Shown here: positions 1 through 8,269 of the stretch, piece after piece | Position numbering within the stretch: position 1 is the first letter of the stretch | Layout: each line of letters starts with the position of its first letter | Position numbers and translations under genes: made by a program | The notes under the pieces: generated by a model | What the model was told of the DNA's origin: nothing | Database searches by the model: none | Seen by the model: the letters and a program-made list of their open reading frames with translations, nothing else | Origin: Polyangiales bacterium | GTDB taxonomy: Bacteria; Myxococcota_A; Polyangia; Polyangiales; Houyiibacteriaceae | Reading direction: 5' to 3' | Assembly (NCBI GenBank): GCA_045106895.1 | Contig: JBGCFM010000105.1 | Coordinates: forward strand, 1-57,405 | Length of the DNA: 57,405 nucleotides

Positions 1-306
1 AACGCGAACGTTCTCGATGGGCTCGTTCGTGTGAAAGAAGATCACGGGCTTCTCTACGGTCACGGGCGAGCGACGGATGCGCGGAATGGTGTTGCGCCTT
101 GGCTGCGGCGCACGAATCACAAAGTCCGGACACTCCGCGGCGAGGGCGGGCAGATGCACGACGCGCCCCTCGTCGACGACCCACACGCCCCACTCGTGGG
201 CGCTGAACGTGGAGGCGGGCTCGTCGGCTTTCGCTGGGACCCAAAACGCAAACGCGGTGAGTAGGGCAACGCCCGCGAACCATGAAGCTATGGTCCCACG
301 CGTCAT
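1..306 (-). CDS. Secreted hypothetical protein with HEWG...KPVIFF motifs; runs off the window's left edge
   Basis: Not in the ORF track. Manual translation from ATG 306: MTRGTIASWFAGVALLTAFAFWVPAKADEPASTFSAHEWGVWVVDEG...VEKPVIFFHTNEP. Signal-peptide-like N-terminus; starts right after the upstream stop at 308. Confidence 0.75.
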   Translation of the reverse strand, partial: MTRGTIASWFAGVALLTAFAFWVPAKADEPASTFSAHEWGVWVVDEGRVVHLPALAAECPDFVIRAPQPRRNTIPRIRRSPVTVEKPVIFFHTNEPIENVRV

Positions 307-307
307 C

Positions 308-2470
308 CTATCCAAGGATCTGAGGGCAGGAGTGCGTGACGTCCACGGAAAGAACCCGCGGCGTGATGACCTCACTCGTGCTCATCCGTTCCGCGTTCAG
401 GACGACTTCGAGCATCAGGAACCTCTCCGGCATGACGCCCGCGTCCATAAGGGCTCCGGCGATATCGAGGGGTGAAGACTCCGGCGGGGTCACGCCGACA
501 ACGATCCACTCGGCGGCGTCGAGTCCATCACGGGTCGGCGCTGTGCGAACACGGAAAGTGACGGAGGTGCCGGCGGGCGTATCCGCATCAAACTGCACTC
601 GTCCCCAGTCCGTGGCCTCGCTCTCGGCGCAACCCTCGAAGACATGACGATAGTAGCCACGTGGGTTGGTGGCGAGCCGGAGCTGAAGCCCGGTCATGTC
701 GGAGTAGGTGTAGCTTCCACGAGCGGCGCTCGCGACGCCGGTCTCGACGGTGTTGTCCATGAGGCCTGGGCCGGGCGTCACGACGACGCTCTGGTTGTTC
801 ATGGTGACACCCCAAATCTTGCCTTCGGCGTCGATGGCCATGCCCTTTACACGCATCGTCGCGTTGCCTGTGCCTGGTACACCGTAGAAACGTGTGGGGT
901 CGTTTGCGTCAATACGGATCATTCCGCCCATGAAGCCGGCGCCCCAAACGAAGCCTTCGGCGTCAGCGGCGATCCCGTTGACGACGTGGTCGAAGTCGAC
1001 GTTGGCTCCGCTGACGTCCGTCGCCGTCGAGAGGTTGACGGTGACATGGCGGGCGCCGGGTGCCGCGCTGGGGTCGAAACGTGTGTAGTGAGGGACGTAG
1101 CTACGGCCGGCGCCAGAAGTGTCACCCCCGATCCAGACGCGCTGGTTGAAGTCGACGGTGATGCCGTAGGGGCGGTGTGCGAGAGGCCAGCGAGCTTTGA
1201 CGGCGCCGTCGCAGGAGGTGTCATCGAGGCTCGCGGCGATGCACACCTCGACGTCGCATGATGCGTCATCGACGCAGCGGGTGGTGTCGATCATACCGAC
1301 GCTCTGCTGGCTTCGGCCACTCACCCAGAGTCGGCCGAGGCCGTCGAGGGCGAAGCCGTAGGTCGGCGCGGGGGACACGGTGGAGAAAACAACGCTGCCC
1401 GTGGCGGCGTCGATCTTGGCCGCGCGCCGCGTGTCGAGCCCACCCACCCAAACGAACTCTTGGAGTTCACCATCGGGTCCTTCGACGTCTTGAGCGGCGA
1501 CGGCGCGAACGTGGGCTTCACCGGCAAAGGCCATGTCGAGTTCCGTGTGCCAGAGCACGCAGTCGTCATCTTCCCAGGCCATCATCTCGCCGTCCGCGAC
1601 GTTGGTGGAGATGACGCCGTCACCGTTGAGGTCATTGGACGTCGTGATGACGCCATCCCCATTGGTGTCGGGGCAGTCGTTGCCGAGCACGGAGATACGT
1701 GTGAGCTCGTTGCCGTGTCGGTTTCCAACGAAGGCATCGCCAGCGGCGTTGACGGACGTTCGGGAGGGGTCGTTACCCTGGTTGAACCCGCCTGCGTTGA
1801 TGGCGGCCCCAACGAAGTAGCGGCCGACCTCGTTGAAGGGCGGCATCGTGCTGTAGCGCGAGACACTCCCTTCGGTGGTGTTCGCGATCCAGATGAAGTT
1901 TGTATTGATGCGGCGTGCGTCGAGCTCGAGGGCGCCGTCGTCAGCCACGCCGACGCCGTCGGAGTTCATCTCGTCGGGCATAAAGCCGTCACCGCCGACG
2001 CCGAGGCTGCCCGCCCGGCAGTCCGGGTTGCAGTCGCCGCACTCGCTGAGCACGCCGTTATCCGCAACACCATCGCAGTCGTTGTCCATGCCGTCGCATA
2101 CTTCGCTCCCGGTCTGGCTCGGGTCGTTGTTGTCGCAGTCGTCTCCGGCTTCGCAGCCTGGGCCGCGTCCATCCATATCGGGGTCGACGCAGACAGCCGC
2201 CTGGCACATCTCGCTCACGCAGACTTGTCCGCTCGGGCACTCGTCCTCGTCCGTGCAGCTCTCACCACCCGGCACGCAGAGCGTATCGAGGCAGATTTCA
2301 CCGAGAGCGCATTGGTCGTCGTCGGCACAGCCGCTTTGCAGGCACATATTGTCGACGCAGAGGGCGCCGCCGGTGCATTCGGAGTCCGTCATGCAGGGGC
2401 GCGAGGGGGCCGTGGTGCCGCAATCGCAGGCACTCACAAGGAGGAGACAGAAGGCGAAGCGGAAAGTCAT
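308..2470 (-). CDS. Cys-rich lipoprotein with a MopE-like metal-binding motif and a Vgb-lyase-like beta-propeller
   Basis: Likely start MTFRFAFCLLLVSACDC (lipobox); Cys-rich repeats; EVCDGMDNDCDG motif; IWIANT..., YTYSDMTG propeller motifs typical of myxobacterial lyase-like lipoproteins. Confidence 0.8.
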   Translation of the reverse strand: MTFRFAFCLLLVSACDCGTTAPSRPCMTDSECTGGALCVDNMCLQSGCADDDQCALGEICLDTLCVPGGESCTDEDECPSGQVCVSEMCQAAVCVDPDMDGRGPGCEAGDDCDNNDPSQTGSEVCDGMDNDCDGVADNGVLSECGDCNPDCRAGSLGVGGDGFMPDEMNSDGVGVADDGALELDARRINTNFIWIANTTEGSVSRYSTMPPFNEVGRYFVGAAINAGGFNQGNDPSRTSVNAAGDAFVGNRHGNELTRISVLGNDCPDTNGDGVITTSNDLNGDGVISTNVADGEMMAWEDDDCVLWHTELDMAFAGEAHVRAVAAQDVEGPDGELQEFVWVGGLDTRRAAKIDAATGSVVFSTVSPAPTYGFALDGLGRLWVSGRSQQSVGMIDTTRCVDDASCDVEVCIAASLDDTSCDGAVKARWPLAHRPYGITVDFNQRVWIGGDTSGAGRSYVPHYTRFDPSAAPGARHVTVNLSTATDVSGANVDFDHVVNGIAADAEGFVWGAGFMGGMIRIDANDPTRFYGVPGTGNATMRVKGMAIDAEGKIWGVTMNNQSVVVTPGPGLMDNTVETGVASAARGSYTYSDMTGLQLRLATNPRGYYRHVFEGCAESEATDWGRVQFDADTPAGTSVTFRVRTAPTRDGLDAAEWIVVGVTPPESSPLDIAGALMDAGVMPERFLMLEVVLNAERMSTSEVITPRVLSVDVTHSCPQILG

Positions 2471-2732
2471 CGCCCACAGACTACTCAATTGACGGGCGCA
2501 TCGCATGCGTTCGGACGCAGACCTCAGGCCGAGAATGACGTCGAGGACAAGAGACGATCGCGTCCTGCCACGTCGCCCTGCCCACGACACCTGGACGGGA
2601 ACGAAGAGCATTCGCCGAAAAGGCGAGAAAAACGGCAGAATCGACGAGCCCTCGGTGAAAGAAGCGTCCGTAAAACACGGCCCCGCCTACGTTGACGAGG
2701 GATGTGGCGCCCGCCGCTGCTATGCGCTGCCT

Positions 2733-3398
2733 ATGGAGTCGATGACGGTAGCGCCGAGCCCACGACCTTTCGAAGCGATCGGCCCGAATGGGCCCGTCAA
2801 GGTGCCGAAGGGATGGGCGCTTCTTCCGCCCGGCGACGCCGCACTTACCCGTCGCGTCAAAGCTGCGGGTGCTCATTGGGTCGTCAAAGAAAAGAAAGGG
2901 CGCCGCATGTTCTCGCGCGGAGTATGGGCGCCGGCTGAACGTATTGAGACCCTGCGAGCGGCCCTTGAGACCGAGCGCGCAGACCCCGCGTACCAGAGGA
3001 AGCTCGACGCGGGACGTAAACGTCGGGCGCGGGAGCAGGAGGTTTACGCGGAGGATTTCGAGAGCGCGGTGCTCAACTACCTCGCCTTCTCGCCGAAGCA
3101 CGCACACCTCGCGAAGGCGATGGCCCAGGCCATTGCGACGCACGCGGTCCCCGTAGGAAGCGGCACCGTCGCACGCACAAAGCGCATCCCCATCGAGCGC
3201 CGAGCCGAGGCCGCGACCATCGCGTGGATGCGGCACCAGACGACGGCGTACGACACGATGAAGATCCCACGTGTGAAGGGTATGCGGCGTGAAGTTCGGC
3301 GCATGCTGGCGAAGCGCTCGAAGGAGCTCTTGCTTCGCTACCGTCGCGGCGAGTCCACCGACGAAGGCTGCCCTCTCTTCAAGGCCTTGAGCGTTTAG
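2733..3398 (+). CDS. DUF2293 domain protein
   Basis: PPGDAALTRR, PVGSGTVART, AEAATIAWMRHQTTAYD motifs; start chosen at MESMTV. Confidence 0.85.
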   Translation: MESMTVAPSPRPFEAIGPNGPVKVPKGWALLPPGDAALTRRVKAAGAHWVVKEKKGRRMFSRGVWAPAERIETLRAALETERADPAYQRKLDAGRKRRAREQEVYAEDFESAVLNYLAFSPKHAHLAKAMAQAIATHAVPVGSGTVARTKRIPIERRAEAATIAWMRHQTTAYDTMKIPRVKGMRREVRRMLAKRSKELLLRYRRGESTDEGCPLFKALSV

Positions 3399-3402
3399 TT
3401 CG

Positions 3403-4890
3403 CTATCGGCGCCGGCGCAGGAACACGAGGCCTAGCAGAAGCCACGCCGGCGACGCGGAGCGATGGATCGCGCAGCCTCCACCGTCGGGGGCCGTCACGC
3501 CCGCGTCGCTTCGCGTACCACCGTCCATCGCGGGGCCCGAGTCGTTCCCAGGGCCGGCGTCCATGCCAGGGCCGGCGTCGACGGCGGGGCCCATGCCGGT
3601 GAAGTTGAGCGTCAAGGTGAACGCATCCGTGGACACGTCGTAGGAGTCCAGGAAGAGCTGGTACTCGCCGGGCGCGAGTACGCGGCCGATGAGGGAACCG
3701 CGGTTGTCGTCGACGTCGATGTCGTCGTGACACGCGAGGTCCGCGCCCTCGCATTCGCTTCGGATGTAAAGGACACTGTCGAAGCCGGAACTCTCCGCTC
3801 GGAACTCCGTCATCCGGTCGAGGGTGAAACGCCAGACGCGATCCGGTCCGGCGCCGCCGCAAGAGCCTTCGCTGTTGTCGAGAAAACCTCCGAGGTCGCC
3901 GGTGAGCACCTGGTCGACGGCGTCGATGGTCTCCGCGTTGTCGCAGCTGTTGCCCGTGAGTTCTTCGACGCATGGGCCGTCGCAGTCACAGACCGTCGAT
4001 TCTACGCCGGGGAGTCGGCAGAAAGCTTCGATGGCGGGTTTTGCGTAGGTGAGTGACTCGCCGTCGTCATCCGGCGCCGGTGAGATCACGTTGACGATGT
4101 CACACACGCCGTTCGCTACGTAGTCCGTGTCTCCGCCGTCGAGGATCGCGACGAGCTCGCCTTCGTCGTTGAACACTCCCGAGCCCGAGTTGCCGCTGAA
4201 GGCGTCGAGGGTGGCGAGGAGGTCTTCGCCGCCGGGATCGCTGTATGTGATCACCCCGCCGCTGGCGATCTTCATCGGGAGCCCGTTTGGGTGGCCCATG
4301 AGGGTCAGCGGAGTTCCAAGAGGGAGGCCGGCGTCGAATACGCGCACCGCCGCCGGGGTGTGCCCACGAACGGGTCGGTCCAGGCGCACAAGGGCGTGGT
4401 CGGCGTTGTCGTCACGGTACGCGAGCACCTGGGCGCATCGGTAGATGTCGTCCGCGACAAGGGGCGCGATGTCCCCGCCGGCTTGGACACGAAACCCGAG
4501 GACCCACGCCGTGCTTCCATCACAGTCATCGCCGTCTTCCATGCAGTGTCCTGCGGTGAGAATGTGCTGGTCGTCGATGAGCGTCCCGGAGCAAACACCG
4601 GGCTCGATCTGCTCGGCGAAACGTTCGCCAGCGCAGAGGTTCTTCGCCTCACCGAGAGTACGCGAGTACGTCACCTGGATGTCGAGGGGGTTGCTCTCGT
4701 CGAGGGCGCCGTTGTTGACATGCACGGCGACGGCGGATTCGGCGACACGACGAAGCGTCGCGCTTGGGTGCGCGTACGGTTCAACGCGGTCGTCGACGCC
4801 GTAGACCACCGCTTGCTCCTGGCTACCGATGGGCGACGAGGTACACCCGAGCGCGACAAGACAGCTGACGACACTCCACTTCAACCCCAT
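3403..4890 (-). CDS. Secreted trypsin-like (S1) serine protease with PPC-like domain and MYXO-CTERM-like tail
   Basis: Catalytic triad motifs TAGHC, DHALV, GNSGSG; lipobox LVALGC; C-terminal GGGCA...WLLLGLVFLRRRR. Confidence 0.9.
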   Translation of the reverse strand: MGLKWSVVSCLVALGCTSSPIGSQEQAVVYGVDDRVEPYAHPSATLRRVAESAVAVHVNNGALDESNPLDIQVTYSRTLGEAKNLCAGERFAEQIEPGVCSGTLIDDQHILTAGHCMEDGDDCDGSTAWVLGFRVQAGGDIAPLVADDIYRCAQVLAYRDDNADHALVRLDRPVRGHTPAAVRVFDAGLPLGTPLTLMGHPNGLPMKIASGGVITYSDPGGEDLLATLDAFSGNSGSGVFNDEGELVAILDGGDTDYVANGVCDIVNVISPAPDDDGESLTYAKPAIEAFCRLPGVESTVCDCDGPCVEELTGNSCDNAETIDAVDQVLTGDLGGFLDNSEGSCGGAGPDRVWRFTLDRMTEFRAESSGFDSVLYIRSECEGADLACHDDIDVDDNRGSLIGRVLAPGEYQLFLDSYDVSTDAFTLTLNFTGMGPAVDAGPGMDAGPGNDSGPAMDGGTRSDAGVTAPDGGGCAIHRSASPAWLLLGLVFLRRRR

Positions 4891-5399
4891 GGACTTGCTC
4901 CTCCGCCTTGTGGCCCTGCTGCGTTTTGAACCGACGACTGGCCCGCGCCGTCTGGCTTTGCATACGCCGCGAGTTGTTCGATGCCTTCGATGTCGTTGGA
5001 GATCACTAACTTGCCGCCGCCATGAAGGAATAGGGTCACTTCGACGTGGACGCCCTTCAGATGCCACGACCCGCGCTGGTGAACTCGGTAGATGTCGACG
5101 TCTTGGACCTGATCGAAACGAAGCACCCGTGGCTCCCGGAGGATGCGCCGATGAACGAAGCCCAGCTGATGAATCGTCAGCGTTTGTTTCCACTTTGAGT
5201 AGAGGAAGAGAAGCCAAGGCGTCATCACGGCGAGGGCGAAAAGCGAAGACGGAATCTCATGGAATGCACCTCTGACGAGCGCGTACCCGAGACTGACGAC
5301 TCCGCTCACAAAAACAAGCCCACCGACGTACCAGCCGATGCCGCCGGCGGCGAAGCGTCCTTGGTGCTCGCTGATCACTGGGCCAAGTTCGGAGTTCAT
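4881..5399 (-). CDS. Hypothetical membrane protein (2 TM plus soluble beta domain)
   Basis: 172-aa ORF with two hydrophobic helices, in operon-like spacing. Confidence 0.7.
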   Translation of the reverse strand: MNSELGPVISEHQGRFAAGGIGWYVGGLVFVSGVVSLGYALVRGAFHEIPSSLFALAVMTPWLLFLYSKWKQTLTIHQLGFVHRRILREPRVLRFDQVQDVDIYRVHQRGSWHLKGVHVEVTLFLHGGGKLVISNDIEGIEQLAAYAKPDGAGQSSVQNAAGPQGGGASPWG

Positions 5400-5420
5400 G
5401 TAGCGTTCTTTCTTCGCGCG

Positions 5421-6119
5421 CTAGCCGGCCATGTGGGCAGCGGCGGCGCTCTCAAGCTGGACAGCCATCGCGTTGAGGACGCTCTGTATTTGATCCGCGA
5501 TGCCAAGGTAGCTGATGGTGCTTCGCGTCGCATAGAAGGTCAGCTTGCCGTCTTTGCCGTGAATGTGCACAAAGCCCCACGTCGCGGGGGTCATCAAGCT
5601 GGCGGTGAGCGCCTGGGCGGCACGTGGGTCGTGGGTCTTGACCAGGAGCTTTGCGTCGACGTTTGCGTCTCCGGTGGAGTGCGGCGGCGCAGCGAGCTTT
5701 GGCTTGAGCTCCGCGCCGAGGTGTCCAGGTTTCCTCTGAACGACCTCGAACTCTGGGAACGGCGCGTGCACCGCGACGCTCACCTCAGCGCCGACCCAAG
5801 TGGTGACGGTGGAGCCCGTGAAACCCGTCTCAGTGGTCTGGCGGTGGTAGTAGTAGAGGCGTGTGGCGCGCCCGCCTGGGGAGCCCTCCAGGATCACACG
5901 GTCCTCCGCGCCGTCGGGCTTCGCCGCTTGATCGTAGCCTGCCAGGTTGGTCATCGGGTGACCCTCGACGAGCTGTAGGCCCATCTTCTCAGCGAGGCGC
6001 GACGCCTGGAACTTCTCGCCGTCGGCGTGCATCTGCGCCATGCGTTTTCGGCCCCAGACCATGTAGACCGCGGTGAAGGTCAACATGAGGCCCATCATGA
6101 TCATGGTGGAGACTGGCAT
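5421..6119 (-). CDS. Hypothetical protein with N-terminal TM anchor
   Basis: 232-aa ORF with natural composition and an N-terminal hydrophobic helix. Confidence 0.7.
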   Translation of the reverse strand: MPVSTMIMMGLMLTFTAVYMVWGRKRMAQMHADGEKFQASRLAEKMGLQLVEGHPMTNLAGYDQAAKPDGAEDRVILEGSPGGRATRLYYYHRQTTETGFTGSTVTTWVGAEVSVAVHAPFPEFEVVQRKPGHLGAELKPKLAAPPHSTGDANVDAKLLVKTHDPRAAQALTASLMTPATWGFVHIHGKDGKLTFYATRSTISYLGIADQIQSVLNAMAVQLESAAAAHMAG

Positions 6120-6936
6120 CGCCGGACGGTATCAGACGCTTCGGGCCCCCGATAGCGAGCCATCGGGGGTCAAAGGTGAACGCGTGCACCAAGAGCATTC
6201 CCCACGTCAGGTCCGCGAAGTCGATGAGGGCGAGGAGACTCAGTTGCAGGCCGGTCATGGCGACCCAGGCGAAGGGACGTGCTTTTTTGGAGAGCGCGAG
6301 GAGCGGAAATGCGATCTCGAGAAAGAGCGTCGCGTAGGTGACGACCACCAGGACGATGCTCGGCAGACCGAGGAGAATATCTCGACAAAACCCAGGGCGT
6401 GCCAGGGGGTTGCGTAGAATCGCCGCGATGGCGCTCCCGTCCACCCAGGAAGGTGCAGAGAGTTTCGTCAATCCGGAGTACGCGTAGCCCACGGCGAGAA
6501 GAAGCCACACGACGCGAACGAGAGCGACGTCGGGGCGTTTCGGACTCGCGGCGTAGACGAGGAGCAGCACGCCTAGGTAAGGCAGGCTCGGGTTTCGAAT
6601 CAGCGGGTTGCGTCCAAAGAGGCAGGTGAGGACGAACCACAGGTAGAGCGCTGCGGCGCGCCTTTGCACTTCGCCGCCAAAGAGAAGGAGCAACGAGGCG
6701 AGGGCGCCGCTGGCGACGAACAGCTGCGTGAAGAGCGGGCTGTCCAAGAGCGCGAGAGGGTTTGCAAACACGCGCAGCAGTGGGCTCGCGCTCCCCTCGG
6801 CGATCATGCCAGCGTCTGAAAAGAGCTCGGCGGCCCACGGGAGCAAGCCTAGAAAATGAACGAACAGAAACACAGCTAGCGCGACGCGGACTCGTGCAAA
6901 GTGCGCGTTGAGCCGGGCGTCTTCCGTTTGTGTCAT
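5989..6936 (-). CDS. HTTM-domain integral membrane protein
   Basis: Multi-TM; RNPLIRNPS and YAYSGLTKL..PSWVDGSA..LFLEIAFP motifs. ATG 6936 overlaps the upstream stop (ATGA). 3' end uncertain: it overlaps the next gene by about 130 nt. Confidence 0.8.
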   Translation of the reverse strand: MTQTEDARLNAHFARVRVALAVFLFVHFLGLLPWAAELFSDAGMIAEGSASPLLRVFANPLALLDSPLFTQLFVASGALASLLLLFGGEVQRRAAALYLWFVLTCLFGRNPLIRNPSLPYLGVLLLVYAASPKRPDVALVRVVWLLLAVGYAYSGLTKLSAPSWVDGSAIAAILRNPLARPGFCRDILLGLPSIVLVVVTYATLFLEIAFPLLALSKKARPFAWVAMTGLQLSLLALIDFADLTWGMLLVHAFTFDPRWLAIGGPKRLIPSGDASLHHDHDGPHVDLHRGLHGLGPKTHGADARRRREVPGVAPR

Positions 6937-8150
6937 GGTGTGCACCGCGCCTCGTTGCGTGTCGTGCGTCCGTTCCGTTCGCGCCGAACGACGGCCACGT
7001 CCCGAACCGCTTCGGGGTCGAGGCCGAGTTCGCGAAGGAGAGGCGCTTCGCCGCAGAGCGCGTAACGACGGACTTGTACCGCCATGTCGACCAGGAGCGG
7101 GTTCGCTTCCAGCTCGGGTCCGGCCGCGACGATGGCGCCAAAGACGTTTCGTCGATTGTAGGGGCCTCGAATTTGCCCGTAGCGCTCGCTGCTGAGCTCA
7201 AGCTGCTGAGGGCCGTCGTCGTCGGTGAAGTGCAGTTCGTAGCGAGCGGAGAAAGGCTCGGCTCCGCCAACTTCTGTAAACACTCTCGGCGCGGGAGAGG
7301 CGCCGCTCAGTGCTCCAGCCCCCTCGAGGAGCGGCAGGCCAAAGGCGTCACCGCTCACGCCAAGAAGCCCGATGATGGCGATGAGCAGGGCCATCTGGCG
7401 GGGGCGCTTTGCCGCCGCTTTTGGGGCCTCGGCGACGACGTCCACGCCGACAAGCATGTCGACCAAGCGTTGTTCTTCGGCGGCGCCAAAGCCCACCGGG
7501 TCCTCGGCATGCTGCGGGTTGTCGAAGGTGCCGAAGAGCAAGTCCCACAGCGGAAGGTCGGCGTAGTTGCTCCGGTGCGCGCCTTGTTTGTGATGTACGC
7601 GGTGCATCTCAGGCCGCTGAATGAAGTAGCCGAGCCAGCGCGGCGTGCGGATGTTCCAATGATAAAAGAGTTCCGCGAGGCCGCAGAGAAGCGTCGCCCC
7701 GGAAGCTGCTTCGGCGCTCAGTCCCAAGATCACAAAGAGGATGAAGGAGCTGAGGACGCCGTTCGCGAGGATCTCGAAGGGGTGTTTGTAGAAGCTTGAG
7801 ATCACCTCAAGACGCGTGACGCTGTGATGCGTCTGATGGAAGAGACGCCACAACACGGGCACTTCGTGGCGTGCGCGGTGCCAGAGGTAGTAGACGAAGG
7901 TGAGCACGAAGTAGCCCGCGAGGGCACCCACGATGGGCCCGGCGTTCTTGAGTGCGCCGACGTCCGGTGCGAGCCAGGGGTCGAGGCTTCGGCCGAGGGC
8001 CCAGACGCTGAGCGCCTGCACGCCGTTGAGGGCGAGGGCCCGCCGCCACCAGCCTTTGGAACGAGGTAGAGCCCTGGCAGGGCGTCGGTACTCGAAGAGC
8101 ATCATCGCGATTGCGACGCCAACGACGACGAAAGTGATCAGCATGGTCAT
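6933..8150 (-). CDS. Sterol desaturase/fatty acid hydroxylase fused to an uncharacterised C-terminal domain
   Basis: His boxes HRARH, HQTHH, HRVHH and NYADLPLWDLLFGTF; extra ~150-aa domain (ASPAPRVFT...GPYNRRNVFGA). Confidence 0.85.
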   Translation of the reverse strand: MTMLITFVVVGVAIAMMLFEYRRPARALPRSKGWWRRALALNGVQALSVWALGRSLDPWLAPDVGALKNAGPIVGALAGYFVLTFVYYLWHRARHEVPVLWRLFHQTHHSVTRLEVISSFYKHPFEILANGVLSSFILFVILGLSAEAASGATLLCGLAELFYHWNIRTPRWLGYFIQRPEMHRVHHKQGAHRSNYADLPLWDLLFGTFDNPQHAEDPVGFGAAEEQRLVDMLVGVDVVAEAPKAAAKRPRQMALLIAIIGLLGVSGDAFGLPLLEGAGALSGASPAPRVFTEVGGAEPFSARYELHFTDDDGPQQLELSSERYGQIRGPYNRRNVFGAIVAAGPELEANPLLVDMAVQVRRYALCGEAPLLRELGLDPEAVRDVAVVRRERNGRTTRNEARCTP

Positions 8151-8269
8151 GCGCCATCGCAACCTTCGTTCCAGGCCGAGAACTTCCCGAATTACGCAAT
8201 GAAGACACGCGTCGATGAAGGCGCGTGTACATGCGGCGGACGTCGCCTGTACCTTCTGTGTATGTCGGC

